From Phycisphaerales bacterium (GTDB lineage Bacteria; Planctomycetota; Phycisphaerae; SM23-33): a stretch of 46,546 nucleotides of DNA. Below the pieces are notes generated by a model. That model worked only from the letters and a program-made list of their open reading frames with translations, searched no databases and had not been told where the DNA came from. The stretch spans positions 1 to 46,546 of the forward strand of contig JABGPF010000005.1 in NCBI GenBank assembly GCA_018645065.1, in the 5' to 3' direction. The translations under genes and the position numbers were made by a program. Of this stretch, positions 1 through 8,477 are shown piece by piece; within the stretch, counting starts at the first letter, position 1; every line of letters starts with the position of its first letter.

Positions 1-1316
1 TAAATCGTTTTCAAAGCCCATCGCGCGGTGCGCAGGCCGAGTTCCTTCTTTTTCTTGGTGTGCAGTTGCGGAATCTTCTGGTCGTATGACGGAATGAACG
101 CAGTGTTCTCGGCGTCCTTCACGTCGGCCAGCCCAAGACGCTGGGCCTCGCGGATGTAGGCGGCGGTAGAAAACCCCAACTCTTCGAAGTTCAGGCGGGT
201 CTGAGCGGATCCTCCGGCGCAGAAGCCAATTACGGCCACCGGCAGTTTGGGATCGTTAAAATCTTCGCGCCATCCATCTACCATCAACTTCATCAAAGTG
301 CGATAGAACTTAGGCTTGCAGCTCGTATTCATCATCGCGTTGTTGAATCCCTGGTGAAACGCAACGCCCTTGATGTTCAGGCCCTTGAAAACGCCGAACA
401 TACCGTTGTAGCACGACGCCGCGTCGCTTGGGCTTCGCCCGGGCACGTTCCATGAACGCAAACCCTCGCGGGTCGGTTTGGGGGGGAGCTTATCCTCGGC
501 GACACCCTTTTTGCGCTGGTCGGCTACGGTTTTGGTCCATCTTTCCAGGGGCTTCTTAAGAGCGGCGTCCCAGTCGAACTCGGCTTGGCGTTTCTCCACC
601 CACTTCAAGTATTCCGCCGCATCGGGATGCTCTTTGAATTTATGGCGAGGCACGAGGCTCTCCAGGGATGCGCCTCCGCGAGAGTTGTCGATAATGCCCA
701 CAGGTATCTGCAAACTGCGCTGGATACGCGACCCAAAGAAGAAGCCGATCGCCCCCATATCCATCGCCGTCTCGGGCGTGGTTACTTTCCAGTTTTTGTC
801 GGTGTCTCTCCCGTTGAGATCCTTGTCCTCCAGATCCGTTTCGACATGTTCGGATTCGGCATAGGAGTTGATTCTGACTTGACGCATCAGCGGCAGGTGG
901 GCCATGGACGCCTCGAAGGGAGCCTGGTAAACCGCCTTTAGAGCAAACGCCATATTGCTCTGTCCGTTCATCACCCAGATATCGCCGATGAGGATGTTGT
1001 CCATCTTGACTGTTTGATCGCCGGACTTGACGGTGATTGTTTGTCCTTTGGCATTGGCGCCTTGGGCCTTGAAAACAACTTCCCATCGTCCTTTGTCGCC
1101 GGTCGCTTTGCCCGCAGCTGAAAGCGTCCCGAGGGAAACCTTCACCTCGGCGCCGCTGGTCGCCCAGCCCCAAATCGTGATGGGCTTATCGCGTTGCAGC
1201 ACCATATTGCTCCGGAATATTCCGTGCACTTTCAGCTTCTGTTCAGCGGCGAGCGTTTGCGAACTTGCTATTAGCAACAAGGCGCCAATCCAGACAATCT
1301 TGAATTTGCTGTTCAT
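1..1316 (-). CDS. Sialate O-acetylesterase (SASA) / carbohydrate esterase family protein, secreted; C-terminus cut by the window edge
   Basis: The ORF track omits this gene because its stop codon lies left of position 1. My own minus-strand translation from the ATG at 1316-1314 reads open down to position 3. It gives MNSKFKIVWIGALLLIASSQTLAAEQKLKVHGIFRSNMVLQRDKPITIWGWA...GDIWVMNGQSNM...GFFFGSRIQRSLQIPVGIIDNSRGGASLESL. It has a signal peptide plus the GQSNM and SxGG blocks typical of this esterase family. Confidence 0.8.
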   Translation of the reverse strand, partial: MNSKFKIVWIGALLLIASSQTLAAEQKLKVHGIFRSNMVLQRDKPITIWGWATSGAEVKVSLGTLSAAGKATGDKGRWEVVFKAQGANAKGQTITVKSGDQTVKMDNILIGDIWVMNGQSNMAFALKAVYQAPFEASMAHLPLMRQVRINSYAESEHVETDLEDKDLNGRDTDKNWKVTTPETAMDMGAIGFFFGSRIQRSLQIPVGIIDNSRGGASLESLVPRHKFKEHPDAAEYLKWVEKRQAEFDWDAALKKPLERWTKTVADQRKKGVAEDKLPPKPTREGLRSWNVPGRSPSDAASCYNGMFGVFKGLNIKGVAFHQGFNNAMMNTSCKPKFYRTLMKLMVDGWREDFNDPKLPVAVIGFCAGGSAQTRLNFEELGFSTAAYIREAQRLGLADVKDAENTAFIPSYDQKIPQLHTKKKKELGLRTARWALKTI

Positions 1317-1393
1317 TATTCTTGATCCTTTTGGTGGTTTGCATAAAGCGTCATTTTGTTAGCGTGCATTATGCTAAATAAACTCACCGGCGC

Positions 1394-1436
1394 AAAGAAA
1401 GAACCGAAAACTCCCGGCCGGGTCTTCGGTTCTTTT
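1394..1436 (-). terminator. Rho-independent terminator downstream of the vWA gene
   Basis: The minus strand just after the stop at 1459 forms a long hairpin. The outer stem is agaaccgaa/ttcggttct (1400-1408 with 1426-1434) and the inner stem is cccgg/ccggg. A T-rich ttcttt tract follows. Confidence 0.55.
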
Positions 1437-1458
1437 AGGTTTAAATGTGTTGCGGTGA

Positions 1459-3078
1459 TTACTTTTCGGCGTTCTTCAGGTCGCGGGCGATTTTGACGAG
1501 TTTTACGAACTCTTTGCGATATCCTTCCTTGTCGTCGCCGCGGGCTGAGCTGGCCATTTCAATCACCGCCCCGAGCGTATACGAGCCCTTGTACTGCGAT
1601 TTCCGCAGGATCATCCCGAACGACGCCACCGACGATGCGAACCGGAAATCCTTGGAGCACTTGTCGATGCTGCGCTGATCATCGCGAACTATTACATCCA
1701 TTCGCGTTGAAGTCTTGCCATCGGGCTTTTTGTAGCGGAGTTTTACGGTCATCATTTCATCGCTGGCAGGCGATGCGGTGGGTGTGGCGGTGCGGGAGTA
1801 TTTCAGCTTGTCCACGCTGGGCAGATCGATCTTCACGCCGACCGGAACCACCTGGTACAACGCCGTGACGGTATGTCCGGCGCCAATGTCGCCAGCGTCT
1901 TTCTTGTCATCGTTGAAATCCTCCTTGTTCAGCATGCGATTTTCATACCCGATAAGCCGATAGGCCGCCACCTGTGCGGGATTGAACTCGACCTGGATCT
2001 TAACGTCCTTCGCCACGGTGACCAGCGTACCGCACATTTCGCGAACGAGCACTTTTTTGGCTTCGGCTTCGGTGTCGATGTACGCGTAGTTCCCGTTCCC
2101 CTTGCCGGAAAGCTCCTCCATACGCGAATCCTTATAGTTGCCCATCCCAAACCCGAGTATGCTCAGGTAAACCCCGCTTGAGGCTTTCTTTTCGATCAAA
2201 CGAGTCAGCTCGCTGTTGTTGGTCGTTCCGATATTGAAGTCACCGTCGGTGGCGAGGATAACCCGGTTCGTCCCGCCCTTGATGAAGTTTGATGTCGCTT
2301 CGCTGTAGGCCAGTTCGATCCCCGCTCCACCGTTGGTGCTCCCGCCTGAGTTGAGGTTGTCCAGTGCGGAAATTATCTTCTCCTTCTGGTCGCATGACGT
2401 CGATTCGAGCACCAGGCCGGCGGCGCCTGCGTAAACTGCGATCGCGACCCGATCATTTTCGCCAAGCTGCTCGACAAGCATCTTCATCGCCGATTTCACC
2501 AGCGGAAGTTTGTTGGGCGACCCCATCGACCCGGAGACGTCCAGCAGGAAGACCAGATTGCTCTTGGGGCGTTTTGTCGGGTCGAGTTGCCGGGCTTTCA
2601 GTGCGATCCGCACGAGCCGATGCTTTGGCTCCCAGGGGCATGACGCCGCCTGAGTGTGCACCGCGAACGGGTGGGGCGACTGCGAAGCCGGTTGATCGTA
2701 GGCGTAAGTGAAGTAATTGATCATCTCTTCAATTCTCACCGCTCCGGGCGGGGGAAGTTGGTTGTGGGTCAGGAAGCGTCGGATATTGGCGTACGAAGCG
2801 GTGTCCACATCGCTGGAGAACGTCGACAGGGGATGGTCGGCGACCAATTGGAAGGCGTTGTCGATTATATGATCGTAAGTTTCGGTGTTGTGTTCTGGAT
2901 TTACCGTGCTGTCGACGGGCGGTGCGGACGGATCGTAAGTTTGGGCGGCTTGATACTCGTACATGACTTCGGCATCAGGAGCCCTGCCGCTTTTCATGGC
3001 GTGGCATCCGAGGAATAGTGCGGCTCCGAGTCCGATCAGTGCGATCATCAGGAGCGATGTTTTTGTTGTGGTCTTCAT
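1459..3078 (-). CDS. von Willebrand factor type A domain lipoprotein, YfbK-like (vWA N-terminal domain, VWA, C-terminal DUF3520-like region)
   Basis: 539-aa ORF with a lipobox (LFLGC). It has the N-terminal block HPLSTFSSDVDTASYANIRRFL..LPPPGAVRIEEMINYF and the MIDAS-type motif LLDVSGSMG, followed later by ILATDGDFN. Confidence 0.85.
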   Translation of the reverse strand: MKTTTKTSLLMIALIGLGAALFLGCHAMKSGRAPDAEVMYEYQAAQTYDPSAPPVDSTVNPEHNTETYDHIIDNAFQLVADHPLSTFSSDVDTASYANIRRFLTHNQLPPPGAVRIEEMINYFTYAYDQPASQSPHPFAVHTQAASCPWEPKHRLVRIALKARQLDPTKRPKSNLVFLLDVSGSMGSPNKLPLVKSAMKMLVEQLGENDRVAIAVYAGAAGLVLESTSCDQKEKIISALDNLNSGGSTNGGAGIELAYSEATSNFIKGGTNRVILATDGDFNIGTTNNSELTRLIEKKASSGVYLSILGFGMGNYKDSRMEELSGKGNGNYAYIDTEAEAKKVLVREMCGTLVTVAKDVKIQVEFNPAQVAAYRLIGYENRMLNKEDFNDDKKDAGDIGAGHTVTALYQVVPVGVKIDLPSVDKLKYSRTATPTASPASDEMMTVKLRYKKPDGKTSTRMDVIVRDDQRSIDKCSKDFRFASSVASFGMILRKSQYKGSYTLGAVIEMASSARGDDKEGYRKEFVKLVKIARDLKNAEK

Positions 3079-3212
3079 TGTTGCGTTCCTTTCACTGTTT
3101 GAGGTTCACTGGTCTATATCCATGCGATTTGGATTTGCGCAGGATAAAATTTCGATTGTGAAATTTTCTCACTTGTTGACGCGGCGTGTGGTCTCGTTGA
3201 CAATGGCGTTGA

Positions 3213-3767
3213 GTGGAACAGACAGAGCAACAACTTATATCCCGATGCATTGCTGGTCAGGAGCCGGCGTGCAGGGAGTTGTACGACTCCCGGGCGGGGC
3301 AGGTGGCTGGATACTTCCGGCGCAGCGGGTTTGATCGTTCGACGACGGCCGATCTTACGCAGGAAACGTTTGTACGAGTTTTCGCTGCGCTGAGTCAATA
3401 CGACCCGGCCCGGGGCGCGTTCGGGTCGTGGTTATTGGCGATCTCACGCAATATCGCCCGCAAACATTGGCGCCGTCGCGTCACTGAGAATAGTTACGAT
3501 CCGGAACTGGCCGACGCGATGTTCGCCATGCCCGCAGAAGCATCGAACAGCCCCGAGCAGCGGGAGGAAAACGCGGCCGTCGCCGATTGCGTATCATTCC
3601 TCGATGAGCAACTCGGAGAATTGATCCGCATGAGATACGTGCGCGGAATGACCACCCGAGGCATCGCAGACGAGGCCCGCATCCCCGAATCAACCGTGCG
3701 AAGCCGTCTGAGCGACGCATTGGCACGCATCGAAAAATGCTTACAGGGCAAGGGGATAGTGCAATGA
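3213..3767 (+). CDS. RNA polymerase ECF-type sigma-70 factor
   Basis: 184-aa ORF with a GTG start. Region 2-like segment is LTQETFVRVFAAL..FGSWLLAISRNIARKHWRR. Region 4 HTH is IRMRYVRGMTTRGIADEARIPESTVRSRL. It is divergent from the vWA gene. Confidence 0.85.
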   Translation: MEQTEQQLISRCIAGQEPACRELYDSRAGQVAGYFRRSGFDRSTTADLTQETFVRVFAALSQYDPARGAFGSWLLAISRNIARKHWRRRVTENSYDPELADAMFAMPAEASNSPEQREENAAVADCVSFLDEQLGELIRMRYVRGMTTRGIADEARIPESTVRSRLSDALARIEKCLQGKGIVQ

Positions 3768-3828
3768 CGAACAAAAAAACACCCCAATTCTGCGCAAAAC
3801 GCCGTTTTGCGGATATAGGTATGCAGCG

Positions 3829-4998
3829 ATGAGTGATCAGAACAATACAACACCAGGGCGCGTTGAAGGCCTGCTGAGGCAGTGGGGCGCCGATGAGGCT
3901 GCCAACCAAGCCGCCGCAGAACTCGCAGCCCCGCCTGCGACCAGAAAAACGCCAAAGCGAGAGCCTAAGCCCAGGCGATCTCCGATGCGCACATTTTTCA
4001 AATGGGTCCCCGCAGGTCTGGCTGCATCGTTGCTGCTGGCTGCGAGTATTGTATTTATGAGAACTAGCGAGTTTGCCCCGCAGATGTCGTACGAACTGGC
4101 TCATGATCGCAATGTAGATTACGAAGCGGTGACAAGTCAGCCCGCAGATAAAACCATCGATCCGATTGTGGATCTTTCGGGCGAACTGGCTGCCGCGATT
4201 CAAGACGCCGCCGATGCTCGCAAGCAGGCCGATGCGTTGCAAACGGAACTAACAACCGTCAAGGCGGACAAAAAATCCAGCGATGCGACTATCAAGGAAC
4301 TCTTGACCGAGAAGGCGGGTCTGGCTGCGAAGTTGGCGCACAAGGTCGAGATGGACAAGGCCCACGAGATCCTGCTGGCCAAATCCGAGCAGAATACCCG
4401 TGATGTAAAAAAGAAACTTGAAACGAAACTGGCCGCGGCCCAGAAACAGTTGGTAGACGCGTTGGCTGCCAAGCCCAAGACGCCGGACAATGCAAAAGAA
4501 CTTGCGGCGCTCAAGGTCAAGCTTACCGTTGCTGTCGACGAACTGAAGCGACAGCAAGCAACATTCCGCCTGGCCAGTATTGAAACAGCCAAAGCGAAGG
4601 AAGCACTCGCCGCCCTGAAGGTCCGCCAGAATGTAACGTTCGACCAGATACGACGAGTCTACCTCGCGGCCGCTGCGCCCGGTAAAACCGGAATCGCATC
4701 GCTGCAGACGGCGATGAAAAACAGGCGCCTGCTCAATCGCTGCTCAGCCCTGCAGCAAAAGAGTCGTAACGACGCGGACAAAAAACTGCTCGCGCGTGCT
4801 GAGGTGATTCTCATGCGTTTCGGGCTGTTGGATGTTTCGGACCCCAGCGCGATAAAAGCCTACGATCAACTGTTGGCCAAGAGCGATATTATCGCATCGC
4901 TGGATGCAGCCCTGGGCCAGCGGGCCACCGACGCCGAAACGCAGGACTGGCTGTTTGAAACTAAACTTATACTCACCGGAGTGCAGCGCATTGCATAA
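3829..4998 (+). CDS. Single-pass membrane protein with a long coiled-coil; putative anti-sigma factor by position only
   Basis: 389-aa ORF starting 62 nt after the ECF sigma gene. It has a short N-terminal cytoplasmic segment, one TM helix (VPAGLAASLLLAASIVFM) and then Ala/Lys/Glu/Leu-rich heptad-like sequence. I recognised no ZAS (HxxxCxxC) motif. Confidence 0.55.
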   Translation: MSDQNNTTPGRVEGLLRQWGADEAANQAAAELAAPPATRKTPKREPKPRRSPMRTFFKWVPAGLAASLLLAASIVFMRTSEFAPQMSYELAHDRNVDYEAVTSQPADKTIDPIVDLSGELAAAIQDAADARKQADALQTELTTVKADKKSSDATIKELLTEKAGLAAKLAHKVEMDKAHEILLAKSEQNTRDVKKKLETKLAAAQKQLVDALAAKPKTPDNAKELAALKVKLTVAVDELKRQQATFRLASIETAKAKEALAALKVRQNVTFDQIRRVYLAAAAPGKTGIASLQTAMKNRRLLNRCSALQQKSRNDADKKLLARAEVILMRFGLLDVSDPSAIKAYDQLLAKSDIIASLDAALGQRATDAETQDWLFETKLILTGVQRIA

Positions 4999-5377
4999 GC
5001 GAATCACATTACTGTTGGTGCTTGTCGCGGGCGGTTTTTTATCCGGTTGCGGAAAGAGTGCGCCTTGGGCGGGGCAGGCCGAGCCTGTTGATATAGCCCA
5101 GGCGATGGCGGATTATCGCGACGCCCTGAAGAGAATTGATAAGCTCGAATACGCAACGGCGTTGGTGAAGCTCGAGCGGGTTTCGCCCCTGTTTGACCAG
5201 GCGGGCGATGGAACACACGCGGCTGAATCGTTGTTTTGGTTGGGTTTCTGTCGCGAAAAGCTTCAGTACGAAGATATGGCCCGTGAAACCTACGTAGACG
5301 TAATCGAGCGATATCCGTTGTCTAAACCCGCCAAATACGCCAAAACCCGACTCGATGCTATGAACCAACCGTCTTAG
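4991..5377 (+). CDS. Small lipoprotein with a YbgF/BamD-like TPR motif
   Basis: The track ORF 4904-5377 overlaps the upstream gene. An in-frame TTG at 4991 gives LHKRITLLLVLVAGGFLSGC, a signal peptide with a lipobox. The C-terminal part is TPR-like (AESLFWLGFCREKLQYEDMARETYVDVIERYP). The start codon is uncertain. Confidence 0.6.
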   Translation: MHKRITLLLVLVAGGFLSGCGKSAPWAGQAEPVDIAQAMADYRDALKRIDKLEYATALVKLERVSPLFDQAGDGTHAAESLFWLGFCREKLQYEDMARETYVDVIERYPLSKPAKYAKTRLDAMNQPS

Positions 5378-5407
5378 ACGCACAAGCGGAACGATGAGGA
5401 ATTCCAG

Positions 5408-7615
5408 TTGAATACAAGCAGGCCGGACAAGTTGGCGGGGATTTCGCTGAAGGTGAGGATCGCTCTGATCCTCCTGCTCATGCTCCTTGTTCACGCCGCG
5501 CTGGACTACGGTATCCAGCGGTTCGTGTTGATGCCGAGCTTCATGAAGCTCGAGCGAAAAGATGCTTGTGATAATATGTATCGCTGCCTGAGAGTGATCG
5601 AAGGTGAAGTCAGGCATCTCGACACATTGTGCGTCGATTGGGCTGCGTGGGATGATACATATGAATTCGTCGAAAACCAAAACGCCGAATATATCGCATC
5701 GAATCTTAAACCGGCGACTTTTACCGATGGTAAGCTTAATGTTTTGTATATTTGCGACACCAAGGGGCAGGTTGTATGGGGGCAGGCGCGTTGTCTGGAT
5801 GCCGATGGTTCAACGCTCGTCGATATCAAGGAGTTTTCGACGTCATCGCTCCGACCGGGTAGTCCGCTTCTTTCTTGCGGACCTGATCAAAATCTGTCTG
5901 GGGTTTACCTTACCCAACGAGGTCCGATGCTGATTGCGGTCAGGCCAATTATCAAAAGCGAAGGGCAGGGGCCGGTTCGGGGGCTGCTGATTATGGGGCG
6001 ATTGCTTGATCAGCGGTATGTTGATACCCTCGTCCACCAGACGCAAGTTGACTTTAAAATCCAACCGATCACTGACAAATCGGTTGATCAATGCGTCCCG
6101 GACAGCGCGTCGGGTTGCAATCCGAATGAGGCATGTTGCAGAGTCAGCGTCTATAGCGATGATTGGCTTCGCGGATATGCCGTGCTTCAGGATATCCAGG
6201 GTAACGATGCATTGCTGATTCAGGCGGATATTCCACGTGGAGTCTCGGCGATAGGAAGGGAGTCGGCGTGGTTTGTGACTGTTTCCTCCATGGCCGCGGC
6301 GATCATCTTGACTCTGGTGCTCGTGGTGTTGCTGCAAAAAACGATTCTCAAACCCGTTGCGGAACTTACCTCACATGTCATCAACATAGGCCGAGGTGAA
6401 GACCTTACCTCCAGATTGAGCAGCAGCAGGACCGATGAACTCGGAGCCCTTGCTCGTGAATTTGATCACATGGTCGAACGTCTTCATGCCTTGTTGGAGT
6501 ACAGGCAAAAGCTTCTTGACGCGGCGGTCACCGGTATTTTTACCGTTGACACTGAACAACGCATAATGACGATTAACGACGCATTCACCGAGATCACCGG
6601 TCTGGAGAGGGAAGATGTGATTGGAGAGTGCTGCAGCGTATTGGAGGGTACGCCATGTCGCGATATCTGCACTCTTTATGATCCAGGGCGAACCGAGCCC
6701 ATCCGGAAGAATCAGTGTGTGTTCCATGCTAAAGACGGGCGAGAACTGGCGGTTTTGAAAAGCGCTGAATTACTGTATGGAGCCGACGGGAAAGTTACTG
6801 GCGGCGTGGAGTCTTTTGTGGATGTTACCGCCCTGGTCGACGCCAGAACGGCTGCTGAGGCCCAAAGCCGACAACTCGAGATGGTGAACGTTGAATTCGA
6901 AAAAGAAATCACCGAACGCAAACGCGTTGAAATGCAACTGCTGGAATATCAGAAACGTCTGCAGGCCTTGGCGTCGGAACTGGTGATGGCCGAGAATCGC
7001 GAACGCCAGCGCATTGCCGCCGGACTCCACGACAACGTTACGCAAAATCTTGTCGGGGCGAGAATCAAGCTGTCGCTTTTGAGGAAGATGGGCGCCTCAA
7101 GTCAGCAGCAGGCGATTGTTGATGAAGTATTGGACCTGATAGCAGTGACCGAAGAAGATACTCGTCTGCTGACGTTTGAATTGTGTCCGCCGATACTACA
7201 GGAATTGGGTATCGCCGCGGGGATCGACTGGCTCGTTGAAGAGTTCGAAGATCAGAATGATATCGAATGTGTCGCCAGCGATGACGGGGCTGACAAACCG
7301 TTGAAAAATGAAGTGAGCGGGCTGCTTTTCGCTGCTGTGCGGGAATTGTTGCGGAATGTTGCACGACATTCAAATGCTCGCAATGTGCAGGTGACGCTGG
7401 TGCGCGAGAATAATGAAATTAAGGTTGCCGTCGAGGATGACGGCGTTGGGTTTGACGTCTCGGATATCAGCGGGATAAACGTCAAGTCAGGCGGTTTCGG
7501 TTTGTTTGGTATTGGAGAGCGACTGCGATATCTTGGCGGGAGCCTCGAAGTTAATTCGGTGCGGGGAGAAGGAACTAAAATAATCGCGGTTGTACCGATT
7601 GACGCGGATTATTAA
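5408..7615 (+). CDS. Sensor histidine kinase: CHASE4-like periplasmic domain, HAMP, PAS, HisKA_3, HATPase_c
   Basis: 735-aa ORF with a TTG start preceded by gaggaa. The N-terminus has a TM helix and the CHASE4-like block LDTLCVDWAAWDDTYEFV. A second TM is followed by HAMP (ELGALAREFDHMVERL), a PAS region, the HisKA_3 H-box ERQRIAAGLHDNVTQNL and the ATPase G-box GGFGLFGIGERL. Confidence 0.85.
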   Translation: MNTSRPDKLAGISLKVRIALILLLMLLVHAALDYGIQRFVLMPSFMKLERKDACDNMYRCLRVIEGEVRHLDTLCVDWAAWDDTYEFVENQNAEYIASNLKPATFTDGKLNVLYICDTKGQVVWGQARCLDADGSTLVDIKEFSTSSLRPGSPLLSCGPDQNLSGVYLTQRGPMLIAVRPIIKSEGQGPVRGLLIMGRLLDQRYVDTLVHQTQVDFKIQPITDKSVDQCVPDSASGCNPNEACCRVSVYSDDWLRGYAVLQDIQGNDALLIQADIPRGVSAIGRESAWFVTVSSMAAAIILTLVLVVLLQKTILKPVAELTSHVINIGRGEDLTSRLSSSRTDELGALAREFDHMVERLHALLEYRQKLLDAAVTGIFTVDTEQRIMTINDAFTEITGLEREDVIGECCSVLEGTPCRDICTLYDPGRTEPIRKNQCVFHAKDGRELAVLKSAELLYGADGKVTGGVESFVDVTALVDARTAAEAQSRQLEMVNVEFEKEITERKRVEMQLLEYQKRLQALASELVMAENRERQRIAAGLHDNVTQNLVGARIKLSLLRKMGASSQQQAIVDEVLDLIAVTEEDTRLLTFELCPPILQELGIAAGIDWLVEEFEDQNDIECVASDDGADKPLKNEVSGLLFAAVRELLRNVARHSNARNVQVTLVRENNEIKVAVEDDGVGFDVSDISGINVKSGGFGLFGIGERLRYLGGSLEVNSVRGEGTKIIAVVPIDADY

Positions 7616-7634
7616 AAACGTCTGGAGAGCGAAT

Positions 7635-8288
7635 ATGCGAATCAAAATCTTACTGGCCGACGATCACGATGTGGTGCGCAGCGGATTACGCAGCCTGTTG
7701 GGCCAGGAAAATGATATGGATGTGATCGCAGACGCCGGTGACGGACGCCAGGCCGTTGAACTGGCCAGGACACTCCGCCCCGATGTCGTCGTAATGGATA
7801 TCAGTATGCCCGAACTTAACGGTACTACGGCTACAAAACGCGTTCTGGCGGAATCGCCGGGTGTGAAGGTTCTGGCCCTCTCGGCGCACACAGACAGGCG
7901 TTTTGTGTCCGATATGCTCCAAGCCGGAGCCGCCGGTTACTTACCCAAAAGTTGTGCGCCCGAAGAACTGGTTAAAGCGATTCGCGAAGTCTATGCAGGC
8001 GGGATATACCTCTCGCCAAAAGTAGCAGGAGTGGTTGTCGATGGGTTTATCCGGGCCGATGGTCAACCAGGAGCAACAGCGGTGGCGCATCTGTCAGATC
8101 GAGAACGCGAAGTGCTCCAGTTGATCGCCGAGGGCAAGAGCTCCAAGGAAATCGGAGCCTCATTTCACATAAGCACACGCACAGTCGATACGCATCGCCA
8201 GAGGCTTATGGACAAACTCGATCTGCACACGATCGCAGAACTGACAAAATTCGCCATTCGCGAGGGGCTCACTGAACTGGAAGATTGA
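7635..8288 (+). CDS. NarL/FixJ (LuxR-type HTH) response regulator
   Basis: The ATG at 7635 gives MRIKILLADDHDVVRSGL, the receiver acidic pocket. The phospho-acceptor context is VVVMDISMP. The C-terminal LuxR HTH is LSDREREVLQLIAEGKSSKEIGASFHISTRTVDTHRQRLM. The track start at 7590 overlaps the kinase gene. Confidence 0.9.
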   Translation: MRIKILLADDHDVVRSGLRSLLGQENDMDVIADAGDGRQAVELARTLRPDVVVMDISMPELNGTTATKRVLAESPGVKVLALSAHTDRRFVSDMLQAGAAGYLPKSCAPEELVKAIREVYAGGIYLSPKVAGVVVDGFIRADGQPGATAVAHLSDREREVLQLIAEGKSSKEIGASFHISTRTVDTHRQRLMDKLDLHTIAELTKFAIREGLTELED

Positions 8289-8317
8289 TCCGACGCTCAG
8301 CTAATCTCACTGTGTCG

Positions 8318-8333
8318 TACGTAATTTTACGTA
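8318..8333. promoter_or_regulatory. Perfect 7-2-7 inverted repeat TACGTAA-TT-TTACGTA; candidate NarL-family response-regulator binding site
   Basis: The repeat was read directly in the sequence. It lies 30 nt after the response regulator stop and about 60 nt upstream of a TATAAT hexamer (8392-8397) that precedes the small secreted protein gene. The 7-2-7 geometry is the classical NarL heptamer arrangement, and the half-site matches TACYYMT at 5 of 7 positions. Confidence 0.35.
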
Positions 8334-8477
8334 TCCGATGAGGTAGTCTTGCGGACTGTTCACACACGGTTTCGTTACTGTAAAATGTCCATATAATCAA
8401 AGTGGGCGTCGGCCTATCTATGTGGACAGGCAATGGTGGACGACGCCGTTTGCAGATATGTGCAAGAGGAGCAAACG

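Noticed and set aside
640-1173. Track ORF of 177 aa on the minus strand, plus the plus-strand ORFs 478-864, 585-941 and 1027-1362
   Set aside because: All lie inside the much longer edge-truncated esterase frame (1-1316, minus strand). That frame has clear family motifs and a signal peptide. These ORFs are Arg/Gly/Ser-rich, out-of-frame or antisense artefacts.
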